Assembly (NCBI GenBank): GCA_012295275.1
Contig: CM022670.1
Coordinates: 41,416,001-41,480,000, forward strand
Source: Chrysomallon squamiferum
Lineage: Eukaryota; Animalia; Mollusca
Direction of reading: 5' to 3'
DNA: 64,000 bases
Made by a program: the position numbers and the translations under genes. Under the pieces are notes generated by a model, which ran no database searches, was not told where the DNA came from, and saw only the letters and a program-made list of their open reading frames with translations. Of the stretch, positions 1 to 13,427 are shown piece by piece (position 1 is the stretch's first letter; each line of letters begins with the position of its first letter).

Positions 1-169
1 CCTATTAAATAGCTGTATGACTCACACACAGGCAGATATCTTTGATTTAGTACCCTATAATTGTATGTACACACACACACATGCACGCACACACACACAT
101 ATTTAGCTAGAATACCATAGAATAAGCTTCCCCGAAAACCTGACAATTCCAGCATAAATCTTTCCCAAA

Positions 170-2400
170 GCTTATCACTCTAACACACTGGTAAACCTCC
201 CAAACAGCTTAACACTCTAACACACTGGTAAACCTTCCAAACAGCTTAACACACACCAAATAAACCTCTTCAAAAACTTAACCATAAACCTGCACTGGTA
301 AACCTTCCAAACAACACTTAAAACTCTAACACACTGGTAAACCTTCCCTAAACAGTTCTAACACTCCCTAACACACTGGTAAACCTCCCCTCCCTCAGCC
401 TAACACACTACAAATAAACCTCTTCAAAAACCTCCCTAACCATAAACCTGCAATGTTCTGTGTAAACTTCCCTCAAAAACAACTACAACACTCCTGGCCT
501 CCCTCATGACCTTTACAACAGCCTTACAGCTAAACCTCCCTCACAGCCTACTAACTAGTCCTTGTAAACCTCCCACAGCCTAACAACTACAGTTCTGTGG
601 TAAACCTCCCTCACAGCCTAACAACTACAGTTCTGTGGTAAACCTCCCTCACAGCCTAACAACGACAGTTCTGTGGTAAACCTCCCTCACAGCCTAACAA
701 CGACAGTTCTGTGGTAAACCTCCCTCACAGCCTAACAACGACAGTTCTGTGGTAAACCTCCCTCACAGCCTAACAACTACAGTTCTATGACAGTTCCCTG
801 TGGTAAAACGACTCCCTCACAGCCTAACAACGACAGTTCTGTGGTAAAAATCCCCTCACAGCCTAACAACTACAGTTCTGTGGTAAACCTCCCTCACAGC
901 CTAACAACGACAGTTCTGTGGTAAACCTCCCTCACAGCCTAACAACGACAGTTCTGTGGTAAACCTCCCTCACAGCCTAACAACTACAGTTCTGTGGTAA
1001 ACCTCCCTCACAGCCTAACAACGACAGTTCTGTGGTAAACCTCCCTCACAGCCTAACAACGACAGTTCTGTGGTAAACCTCCCTCACAGCCTAACAACGA
1101 CAGTTCTGTGGTAAACCTCCCTCACAGCCTAACAACTACAGTTCTGTGGTAAACCTCCCTCACAGCCTAACAACTACAGTTCTGTGGTAAACCTCCCAAA
1201 CCTAACCTACAGTTCTATGGTAAAATTCCCAAACAGCTAAACCTCCCAGCAACAGTTCTATGGTAAACCTCCCAGCCTAACAACGACAGTTCTATGGTAA
1301 ACTTCCCAGCCTAACAACTACAGTTCTATGGTAAACCTCCCTCACAGCCTAACAACTACAGTTCTGTGGTAAACCTCCCTCACAGCCTAACCATGACAGT
1401 TCTATGGTAAACCTCCCTCACAGCCTAACAACAACAGTTCTGTGGTAAACCTCCCACAGCCTAACAACGACAGTTCTGTGGTAAACCTCCCTCACAGCCT
1501 AACAATGACAGTTCTATGGTAAACCTCCCAGCCTAACAACTACAGTTCTGTGGTAAACCTCCCTCACAGCCTAACAATGACAGTTCTATGGTAAACTTCC
1601 CAGCCTAACAACTACAGTTCTGTGGTAAACCTCCCTCACAGCCTAACAATGACAGTTCTATGGTAAACTTCCCAGCCTAACAACTACAGTTCTGTGGTAA
1701 ACCTCCCTCACAGCCTAACAACGACAGTTCTATAGTAAACCTCCCAAACAGCCTAATTACTACAATTCTATAGTAAACCTCCCTCACAGCCTAACAACTA
1801 CAGTTCTGTGGTAAACCTCCCAAACAGCCTAACAACAACAATTCTATGGCAAACCTCCCAAACAGCTTAATTACTACAATTCTATAGTAAACCTCCCAAA
1901 CAGCCCTAACAACTTCAATTGTATGGTAAACCTCCCAAACAGCCTAACAACTACAATTCTATGGTAAACCTCCCCAGCCCAACAACTACAGTTCTGTGGT
2001 AAACCTCCCAAACAGCCTAATTACTACAATTCTATAGTAAACCTCCCTCACAGCCTAACAACTACAGTTCTGTGGTAAACCTCCCAAACAGCCTAACAAC
2101 AACAATTCTATGGCAAACCTCCCAAACAGTCTAACAACAACAATTCTATGGCAAACCTCCCAAACAGCTTAATTACTACAATTCTATAGTAAACCTCCCA
2201 AACAGCCTAACAACTACAATTGTATGGTAAACCTCCCAAACAGCCTAACAACTACAATTCTATAGTAAACCTCCCAAACAGCCCAACAACTACAATGGTA
2301 TGGTAAACCTCCCAAACAGCTTAATTACTACAATTCTATAGTAAACCTCCCAAACAGCCTAACAACTACAATTCAGCATAACCTTGCCAAAAGCCTAACA
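170..2400. repeat. 38-bp minisatellite (CAGCCTAACAACKACAGTTCTGTGGTAAACCTCCCTCA), homogeneous core with degenerate edges
   Basis: TAAACC recurs at 601 and 639 and so on; near-perfect copies about 570-1200, variant copies to about 2375, decayed copies from about 170. Confidence 0.95.
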
Positions 2401-3580
2401 AGAACCTCATATTAATTAAGAGTTTAAAAAGAATAAAAGTGAGATGCCAGCCTCCAATCAGACAATGTATTCCAGGACAATGCGTCATCAGCAAGCATAC
2501 TTTTATACCTGATTAAAATCATTTGTCAAATTTGAAATAATTCACCGAGGGCCCATAGCAACGAGAGCCAGTGGTCTACGAAGTGGACGTCTGCTAATGA
2601 GCATTGATTTATGCAAAGCCAGTTGTGTGATTATAGTCTAACCTTCGTGTGACAGAGATAGGCCTGCAGGGTACACTGCATGTGAAAATATCCATTAAAA
2701 CCTTAATTATCTCTTTAAAATGCACACAATAAACAGCACAAAACAAGTATACTTTGTTATTTTATAAATGTCTGTCTGTCTGTTTGTATGTACATGTGTT
2801 TGTACGTGTATTGGTTTGTATGAAAGCAAGTGTGTGTGTGTATGTGGTCTGCATGTGTGCCTGTGTATGTTTGTGCAGTTATGGATGAATGGACAAATCA
2901 GTCTATGATGTATGTATAAATTACATAAAATGTGGGATGGTTTTATTTTTTAAATTTTTAAATAAATAAAATTAAATTTGTTTTCCATTGTTTATGAATA
3001 TTTAATTTCTCAAGCTTAGTTTCTTGCTTTTTTCTAAACTGTATAAAACCCAAAAATAATTTTAAAAAATAATTAAAAAATATAATAACAATATTTAAAA
3101 ATATACTACTAATAAAATAAAAAAAATTGAAAAATGTATAAATAAAAAAAAAAAAAAAAATTATAAACATTGTCTAAACAGTACCAAATGGGTGGGTGGG
3201 CATAAAAAACAAACTGCCCACACAGATACATTAACATTTTTTTTTTCACACTTTGTTTTTTTCATTATTATAATTTTTTTTTAACATTGCTGGACAATGA
3301 CTTAAAAATCACCTTTCAAAATGTCAGCAGTGAACTTTTCACCTGGCTGTCAAAACAAATTTACAATTTTAATTTGACGTGCAGACTGCAGGCTGCTGAC
3401 TACCTGAGCAGTTAATCCATATTTTTAAAATATCACCAAAGATAAAACTTCAAGTAGTCATCACATGTGTAGTCTCTGTCTTTCAGCAACACACACTCAC
3501 TAACACATGCACAGACCTATATGTATACAGTTTTATTACTGACTTTGTTAAAACTGGGCTGTATTTAAATTTTGGGGGGG

Positions 3581-3627
<47 letters not shown>

Positions 3628-4338
3628 TGTGTGTGTTTTGTTGTTGTTGCCTACAATGCCAAAACAATTAACCTTAAAAATATAAAAGAAAATAAATAAA
3701 TTTAAAAAAAAGAAAGAAATGAAATACTGCCCAGTTGAAACAATGTCAACATAAAACCAACTGCTTTCACGTTTTGAATACATCTGGCAATCAAAATGTA
3801 AATCACCAGTTTATACTTATCCATCCATCTATCTGACCCTCTGTTCATTCATCCATCCACCCATTATTACCTATCTGATTTTCATTTATATTATTAAAAT
3901 AAATAAATAAATAAAGTAAAAAGATGTACAAAACCTGGAAGTGAAAGGGTTAACTGCAAAAACGCATTTCTGAAATAATCTAATATGTTTTTGTGTTTCA
4001 GAAAAATAAAAATAGGCTTTAATACCTGTAAGAGTTTTGTTGCAATAACAAGAGAATTAATTGCTTCAAGAAGAAGAAATCATATAAGTAGTTTGACAGG
4101 AATATGAAACAAGTTTACAGTGTTGGTTACAAGGTTGTGTTGTATTAGTTACACTGATGTATATACTGGTTACAGAGTTATAGTATATTGGTTACTGTAA
4201 GGTTTCTTAACAATAACTTATTGTCATGATTTATAAAAATATATACATTTCTTTATTTATTGCACTTGTGTTGCTATTTGTGTATGTGTGTTTGTGCATG
4301 TGCGTATATTATGTCTCAATGTATGTGAGAATGTATGC

Positions 4339-4388
<50 letters not shown>

Positions 4389-5604
4389 GTGTGCATTTGT
4401 GTGTGCATGACTATTTGAATGTGTATATATCATTTTAGTATGACAGAAAAGGTAAAAAAGGTGACAAAATGTAGGACAAACTAATGACTATTTGGAACTG
4501 ACAGTGATTAACTGTGTACATTCTTATTATTTAAAAACATATCACTATACACCAAGTACAAATCATTTTCTACAAATACTGTGATGTTTTTTCCTAACAT
4601 TTTTTTTTCTCTTAATTTAGCTCTTGAAATGAGGATTTCAGATCTTGTTTTGAAGTTTGAAATCTGAAACACATGTGCTATCTGCTGTGTAGATAGAAAA
4701 CAGAGATGAAACAGATTGTATTAAACTTGTAACATACTGCTTGTTATTGCATCCTACACTGAAATGATATATTCATTATCTGTATCATAGTCTATTTGAA
4801 ATGCGAGTGTTTGAAAACACTGGGTGGCAGCTCTGTGGTAGGGTACTTGCCTAACCATTCCTGAGTTTCATTTATGCACACACAGACATACAGACATATG
4901 CACAGACATATAGAATCACAGACACAGACACACACATACACATACAATAAAATAATATAATAAAAAATCTCCAATCATTACACTACTGAAATAACAAGAA
5001 AGCCAACAAATAAATAACAGTGGAGGACTGACAGAACAGAAAACGTACAAGTGAATAAAAACACATCTAAATGAAGCTGTACAAGAAATATAAATTTCGA
5101 CCTGTTTGAACTTTTATTACTGCACTTGACAATGTTAAAGCCCTCGAGGAGGTGCTAGTGTCTGAAACAGACAAAATGATTTATTCTGATGGCCATCCCT
5201 TAAACTAAAATTGTCACTTTTAATGTCAAATTAACAAAAGTGAAAGCAGCTATAATTTATATTTATTTCCTGGCTTACATCTTTGTTTTAAACGCAGTGC
5301 AAATTGCCTGAAGGACATTTCAAACAGCAATTGACAAATTTCAGTTGTCTGAAAGTTTGCAATATCTCAGTAAAACCTGTCTGTCCTCAGATCAGTTCTT
5401 ATCGCAGCCCATTTCCCATCCATCCTGTTTTTAACAGCTGCAACATGAAACTCTGAGGTATGTGCTGATAAACATATATGAAGAATTGTATGACAGATTA
5501 TTTTTTTGTTAATAACAGCTGCAGTGATTTTTCTTTCACTTGTTGTCTTTGTGTCAGTAACATTTGTTTGAGTTGTTAAACACACACACACACACAACAC
5601 ACGC

Positions 5605-5803
5605 ACACAGTTTCAGTTGTTACATAAATGTTTCAAAACAATTAAATTTTAAAAACAAAACAAAATTCATTTAAATTTCATTTTTTAACACACAGTTTCA
5701 ACTGTTATGTAAAAGTCCCAAAACTTTAAAAACAAAATTCATTCAAATTTTTTCATGCACACACACACACACACACAATGCACAAACACACACAAAAAAA
5801 AAA

Positions 5804-5839
<36 letters not shown>

Positions 5840-5930
5840 CACACCAACATATACACTGAACCGTTTCAATTGTTATGGAAAAGTCCAAAAACAGTTAATC
5901 TTTAAAAACAAAACATTCATTCAAATTTTA
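5605..5930. repeat. Three diverged copies of a ~65-bp motif (ACAGTTTCA.TTGTTA...AAAAACAAAATTCATTCAAATTT) interrupted by (CA)n
   Basis: Copies near 5606, 5692 and 5860. Confidence 0.65.
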
Positions 5931-7319
5931 TAACAAGTGTTATCTCTAAGTAATTCTGTAGTCAGTGCTCTGAATGAATAAATACTAAAACAATCAGTAT
6001 GTATAAAATATTTTAAAATGTGTATCAAAAATTAAAAGGAAACACGTTGAACAATGGAATAACATGAACTGTTGGATGAGGGAGTTGAACATGTGTTTAA
6101 AATTGTACTTAGCAATGCCAGGTAACAAAGAGTGACACATTAAACTTTTTATTTTCTAGTACAAGCAGTCAATAAAGTGTATTTACACAATCTGTCACAC
6201 CTGAAACATGACCAGTTTCAATATTTGAGTTTAGAATTTCACTCGTGTACATTTAAAACCCTGGTTTACACACTGGCACACGCTGAAGAAGATGATTTAC
6301 AACTTATATAAGGTGGACGACAGAAAAATAAGCCATTTTGTAATTTTTCATTTGACCACCCAATTATTGTCTCTCATTTGCAGATTGAGGCCGGCATTGT
6401 GAAGAAAGTGATTAGATTTCCTGACCAGTTATTAAAGCAGTGACACTGTGTCGTCCAAATAGCTTTCATCTCTGCCAGTCTTGAAAAGCACTCAGCTGTG
6501 TATAATGTAAAAATCAAGAATAAATTTCACCAAGTACAAGTTTTCATATAGCAGCCAATAAAGCCAGACAGTTAGCAATCAAATTGTTTTCTCAATTTCT
6601 TTTCTCTATAGATACACACATTTCTAATGAAAGCAGACACTGTCCTCATTACCACCAGTTGAATCTCAAACTACCATTATCTTGCATAAAACATTGATTT
6701 TTATAAACTTATATTTTTAACTTTGCTGTCTAGACACCACAACAATGCTTGACGTGCTTTTAAGTGAATTTCTAAATTATTATTTTTTTATTGGACTTTT
6801 ATTTTGAGATAGCCATACTGTGTTAAAACTGTTTTTTTTCAAATCAAAAAATGATTTGATGGGGAAAAGGTAAATTAGAAATGAAAATGGAAAATGAACA
6901 ATATTTCAGCTTGGTTTTAATGTAACTGTTATTTTATTTCTGTAGTAATAAAAGTCTGATAGACAAAACGTGATTATCACTGTTAACAGTTGTCAACAAC
7001 AACAAAAAAACACAACAAAAACCCACACACATCAAAGTCTTTATTGCATTATTAGTTTAGTAATGGTTGTAATGGCAGACAGGGCAATAACTGTTTGATT
7101 ATAGTTCTTATGATCCTCAATGACTACATTACCACTCACAGTATGATTTTAAAAACTAAAGAAAATTATTAAAATAATAATAATAATAATAAATAAACAA
7201 AAAAAATTTAAAATTAAATAAATTAAACTGAACTAAATTAAAATAACAGAAAGAGAAAGAAAAATAAGTAAAAAGAAACTGGAAGAATGAAACACAGAGA
7301 AATAAATAAAAACACCTGT

Positions 7320-7590
7320 TTGAAACTGTGTTGTTAAATGTTTTAGATACTGTGTTGTTAAAACTATTATGATTTATTTTAAAACTCCTGAAATGTTTTA
7401 CAGATTGTGGACCTAACAATAAAACTATTATGATATATTTTAAAACTCCTGTGTCAAAACTGTGTTGTTAAATGTTTTATGGATTGAAACAGATTGTGGA
7501 GCTAACAATAAAACTATTATGATATATTTTAAAACTCCTGTGTCAAAACTGTTGTTGTTAAATGTTTCATCCACAGACTGAAACAGACTG
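7320..7590. repeat. Short tandem array, ~89-bp unit
   Basis: TAAAACTCCTGTGTCAAAACTG at 7441 and 7530; ACAGATTGTGGA.CTAACAATAAAACTATTATGATATATTTT repeated. Confidence 0.85.
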
Positions 7591-9120
7591 AAGCGAACAA
7601 TGACTGTATTTTTTAAATAACCTAACAAAGTGGTTTTATTTGACAGATATATACCAAGTTAACATCAAAAAAAAAAAAAAAAAAAATTAACTGTTTCCTG
7701 ATAACAAATAAAAATGTGTTTATTCATTTTGAATTACTTTGTGATACAAATGCATATTGATTTCCTGTTTTTTCAAATAAAAAACAAAAACAAATCTCTC
7801 AAAAATCTAGTTTAATTAAGTGAAGGGAAAAAACCCAATATAATCTTTAATCTGTTTGAATAATTTATTAACTGAAGTCTGACTATGAACAGTGCAGTGA
7901 TTAAAATTGTTATTATCTAGCCCAGCAAACATTGCACTTGTTTTAACTAAGTCTGTGTGTGATCAGAGACTTAAGTTTTAAACATTACATGGCTCTCACT
8001 TAGTTAATACATGTACACACGTCTTTAGTTAATACTTTTAAAATACCTTTCAAATGTTTTAATAACTACACAGTTCAGCTTTAGTTAATGTATGTACTAA
8101 CTCTTTAGCAGTACATTTTTAAATATACATTTTAGTTAATATGTGTACAAGTTTTTAGTCAACTTTTTTAAAATTCTCTTCAACATTTTTAATTGTAGGG
8201 GAATTGGACTGAAGTTACAGTTTCCTGTCTTTAAGTACATGTAACACAGAAATTTGAGATTTATTAGATCAGGATGGTGAAACAAGTGTAAATTTGTTAA
8301 ATTAAATTTGAAATAATTTATATCCAGAGAATATGTCTTACTGATGATTAAAACCATGCATTTGAAGATAAACAAATGAAGATGAAAATGGTTTATCTGA
8401 AATTCTTTTGTGTCATTTCTTTCATCCTTTTTTGTAACTAAGTTACTAAGACAAATTTCAGTTTAGGCAGAAATAGAATCTTTCAACATGTGTTTATTTA
8501 TGTAATGGGTGAAGTGGAAACCAGAGTTATTTGCCCTTCCTTGCTGAAGAGCACACTCAAAAAGAATTCATTAGAAAATAAAGAAAAGGAATAAACGCTG
8601 CTTTTATAAACTTTGAGTCTCCAGTATCAAATGATTAACCCAAGTTCAGCACTTCTTTTTAATTCCACATTTCTGCCAACTTTCTGTATTTGAAATATTA
8701 TCAAATACACTAAGATGGATGGACAAACAATAAGATACCAATATCAGGCAGAAGAAATCCATATAGAGAATTTACCAATGAACAACAGATGAAAAACCTA
8801 CAAACAGCATCCCCTCTTTAATTAAAAATATATTTGAATTCTCAAAAAGAAAAACATGTATAAATTTATATCCTTTGTCAATAAACAAATTCTGTTTTTT
8901 TTTTTTTTTTAATTATTTGTATTTCTTTTTGTGATGTATGTTTGCCAGATGTCACAGCTAGGAGAAAGGTAGAGGTGTAAATAATATTTTCGTGTGTTAA
9001 ATAAAGCTGTCAGCTGACAGGTGAGTCAGTCAGGTACACTAATTACCTGTAATTGTCATGATGTAGTACAGGTAACACTGCTAGTGAAACACACTTTAAT
9101 TTACATACACAGGAAACTGC

Positions 9121-9154
<34 letters not shown>

Positions 9155-9325
9155 AAACAACAACAAATAAATAACTGAAAAAAATAAAAATAATAAATAA
9201 ATAAAAACACCAAAATAACACACCATTTAAAAATAAACAAATATTTTTTGTCTGTGTGAATAGGTGTGATAATGTTTTTTTTTTAAGGTTGTGTGTTTTT
9301 GTGTCTGTATGCATGTGTGGTTGTG

Positions 9326-9356
<31 letters not shown>

Positions 9357-12324
9357 TTCTGTTAGAACAGTGTAATAAACTAACACAAAACAAAACATCT
9401 GTCCAACTAAACTCAGTTGTCTTGTACAGCAAAAAACCAAATCAAATCACTGACCAAGTATGACAGCATTAATATATACTGAATGTCACTAGTGTGTTGT
9501 GTTATATGCTAAAATAATAATAATAATAATTTACTTAAATTTAAAAAAAAAAAAAAAATACATTATGTTCATAAGAGGTAGGTATGAGAAATCTCAGAGA
9601 ATGTTAACTGGAAAACAAAGCAGTGTGTAAAAGTGACATAATAAACCCTTTACAAGATGACGGCCAGTTTGAAATATGGTCCATTCCATTACGCAGTGTG
9701 ACATGTATGTATTAAATGTTTAATATGTCAGTATAACACACAGGTTTTTTAGCTTTGTGATACATGATTTACTGCCTGACCTCTGAGATAAGATAATATT
9801 AATTTAATGTTGGAATTCTGTTTTTCAGAAGCCTGGAAGTAGCACTGAAAACAGACTGTAACATATAATGACTGTCAGATTCACATGGAGAAGTGATAAA
9901 TATGATCATAAACACAATTACCTCAAACATTAATAGCATGTAATTTTCAGTAATTTCTCTAAATTTAATTCATTTTTTATATCAGAAAAAAAAAAATTAT
10001 TCATTTTCAAAATCTTCTGAAGTACAAATTCAAAACATAATTGGATTTTTTTGTCAAAGTTTTCGCAATGGGAGAATTTGAAAAAAAAAAAAAGGATGGC
10101 TGTATGAAAAGTTTTCAAAACGGACGTATTGACATAAGGGAAGACAGAGAGAATAAAAACCAATTTGCATATAATTTCACAATCTTTGATTAATAGTCGA
10201 GAAGAGAAAATTCTTTAATAACAATTTCTAATCAATCATGGTTGAAATTCCTTAATTCAATTTGGATTGACTGGCAACATCAAAAGCAGTTCTTTATAGC
10301 AACGGCCTGAAAATAAGAAAATTAATTTCTGGTTATAAAGCGAAACGGCACTGCGACAACAAATTATCAAAGCCGACCTATTTTCACATGTTGAAGGGTT
10401 CAAATAGCCAAAATATTGATTTCATTTTTCACTTGCTTTTTTTATTTAAAAAAAAAAAAAAAAAAAAATGATAATAATTTTTTTGCACTTTTAAAAAAAT
10501 TTCATAAAAATATTTGTCATTCATCAGCGCGGGACAAAAAGTTGAGCCCACAGCACAAATTTCATATTTCTCGAGTTGAGTTTCTATTTATAAGCATATT
10601 TTATTAAAGATAAAAAGTGGAGAGATTGGAAGTTTACGAACGTGCTGAAAATGTGAATCAATACAGTCGTTCTGACAGGGTTCATTAATATATTTCATCG
10701 CAAAACGTCGCTTCCTCTCCACGCATTATGGATGGGATTTTGCTTTTCATGTTCATTGTTATTTGTAGAAAATTTAATTTCTGTCCTGCCATCTAGCCAT
10801 AACTTAAAATGACAAGATTCCAAACTTTTGATGTGATTCATTTGTTTTTCTCGCAAAAACGCCCTGTTCGGCGATCTCATTATGAACGAAACTGATTCAA
10901 ACATTTCGCAGATCAATAAGAAAACTGGGTGCTAAACCAGGCAATATTCTCATGAAAATTCCATTAAAAACTCTTTCTTGAAACTGGCACTGGACAAGCC
11001 AACAATGCGGCCAACAATTAATCTTGGCAACTATGTCTTACAGGCGATGTTGTCAGTGCTGTAGCTGCGTGCTGTCATTGTTTGATTACATATCAATAAT
11101 TCAAACAACAAGCCTATCTCTTTTCCTCATTTTGTTTGGACAAGACAAATTACGTGATATCGTGTAACATCTTAATTACAGGTGTAGTGTGTGGCAGGTG
11201 TGCCTTCAATTAAAGAAATATTGTCATCTGGTTAACTCTTTCAGTGTCAATACCACACAGTTGTTGTTTTTTTTTCTCATTAAATTCAAGAAAATTATTC
11301 CAGTTTACAAAGCTGTTTAATAATAAAATCAATTTAAGAAAAGAAATTAAAAAAAAATTATACAGTTCATTATATTAACCCTGAGGGTTCTTAATTCTGG
11401 AAGCACAGATTCATTTTATAAAATAACATTTTTATTTTTATTTTAGCTGACGTTTTAATCTTGTTTAAGAAAATAAAGAAAAATAAAGTAAAATAAATAA
11501 AATAAAATAAAATAAATAAATAAATATATAAATAAATATATAAAATAAAATACAATAAAATAAAATGAAATGAAATGAAATGAAATAAAAGAATATAAAC
11601 TAAAATAAAATGAAAATAAAAAAGAAAAGAAAAATAAAGAAAAATAACAAAGACAAAAAAGTATATAGTAAACCACTAAGTAGTCACTGAGTTAACCCTT
11701 TTATTGTCAGATACACAATATTTCAAATCAAGATCATATTTTAATTTATAAATCATTTTTCTGTTCAGTGATGAACTCACAATTACACACTGCCATTTAG
11801 TTAACATTTTTAGTGTAAGCAAAACAAACAATGTGAAGACTCTCATCTCATAAAACATTACAATGCTAATAACAAGTGTTAACTTGGCACATAACAACAT
11901 TTTAACACTTCAGATACACTAGTTCATACACCAGAATAACATCTGATCAGAAAGAAATAACTGAAACACTGGTCAATTTCAAACAACAACAACAAAAAAA
12001 GTATAATAATAATAATAAATGAATAAAATAAAAAATAATAACAAAAATAATACTAATTAAAAAAAAGAGAGAGAGATTTTATATATGTATGAAATAAATG
12101 TAAATTAATAAATAAAAAAAACAAAAATCTGTGGTATGTGTGAAATGAAAACATTAAGAAAATGAATCGATACTCTCTAGTGGCTTCATTAAACAGAATA
12201 AACAGTGTTTATTTACAAAATAAATCTGTCAGTGTACTTAATGACTGGAGAGATGCTGTGCATCAACCCAACAGGACCAAGTCCTGTTTCTGTCCTGAGC
12301 TGAACTCACAGATCCCCAGGGTGG

Positions 12325-12612
12325 ATCCAAGGTGTGGTTGGGTGGTCAGACTCACCCATCTTAGTGGATCCCTTTATCTACTTTTCTTTCTAACCAATGC
12401 TCTATCTCTGGTATAACAAAGGCTATGGTAAGTACTATCCTGTTTGTGGGATGGTACTTGTAAAAAGATCCCTTGTTGCTAACTGGTAAGAGTAACCCTT
12501 GAGGTGGTAAAAGCAGGTTTCCTTTCTAGTTATGTGAAATGTTCTAAATCACCTGTCTGATGCTATAAATAAAATGTGCTCAGTGTATCATTAAATAAAC
12601 CAGTTCCGTCCT
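12325..12612 (+). mobile_element. Decayed tRNA-derived SINE (MetaSINE-like core)
   Basis: CTGGTATAACAAAGGCTATGGTAAGTACTATCCTGTTTGTGGGATGGTACTTGTAAAAAGATCCCTTGTTGCTAACTGGTAAGAGTAACCC...GCAGGTTTCCT...AATAAAATGTG...TTAAATAAAC resembles a gastropod SINE core recalled from memory; related copies occur elsewhere in the window. Confidence 0.75.
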
Positions 12613-13427
12613 TTGTCCAGTGTAAGACAATTGTTTATCAAAGGCTTAATCATGGCTTAATCTCTTAGTCATGAATTTCATTTTTATTTTTATTATTATT
12701 TTTGTTTTATTATCTCTTAGTAACACAATAATTTAAAATTAAATAACCATTTCAATACCATAACATTTATGGCAGTGTAATTTTGGTGGATTCACAATTA
12801 TAATGTTATTGTTGTTATGTTTTGTTTCTTTTCTTCTTTTTTTTAAACTGATTTGGTAGAGATTTGTTGGGTGGGTTTTGTTTGTTTTTTTATGTCTTTG
12901 TTTTTTTCTCTGGGTTTTCTTTTCTTTTTGTGTTATTATTTTTTTTAATCACATTCTTGTCATCAGGTTGTATTAGAAATCTCTTCAAAATAAAGTTCAG
13001 TAATTCCCAGGTCAGTAGTAAAAGATAAAAATCTCTTCCATCAGACATAAATACTTGGCCAACATGGCCAATGAGATTTGGAAATTCATTTTAAGACAAT
13101 GATGTCCAGAGGGAGCTTAGTTTTTATTATTATTCACTGAGGGACCCATTTCAATAATTGAATTTACAAAATGAGAAATTTTGATGAAATTTTAAATTAA
13201 TTCATCTTATTTTTGCTATTTTCACTGGTTATTCATTAACAATATGGATGTCCAGATTGACAATTTTATTATATACGGTCATCTTGTATGCAAACGCGGA
13301 CTTTTTCTTCCACTTAAAATAAAAATAAAAACATCTGAAATAGAAAATATCATTTAAAAGATGATGTTACTGGCATAGCTCAATGAATGAAGGAATAAAT
13401 AAAGGCAGGAAGAAGGTATTGACTCAC

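Larger units (their letters stand above)
1..13427 (-). other. Intron 3 of CAAP1-like gene (runs off the left edge)
   Basis: Consensus GTGAGT donor at 13427. The expected next CAAP1 segment (human-like xSIEEIKKLCxEQLELLS) was not found in 1-13427. Confidence 0.6.

Noticed and set aside
570-2375. 38-bp array as CRISPR array or telomeric repeat
   Set aside because: Units are contiguous with no unique spacers, there are no cas genes, and the context is a eukaryotic intron. GCCTAA occurs once per unit, not as a telomeric run, and ACTACAATTC is only a partial ZNF143/THAP11 motif.
4822-4860. tRNA-like A-box fragment GGCAGCTCTGTGGTAGGGTACTTGCCT
   Set aside because: No B-box or cloverleaf; at most a SINE head remnant, too short to call.
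5100-5470. Candidate CAAP1 exon 4 in GC-richer patches
   Set aside because: Translations do not resemble the expected downstream CAAP1 motif and phase-0 frames hit stops.
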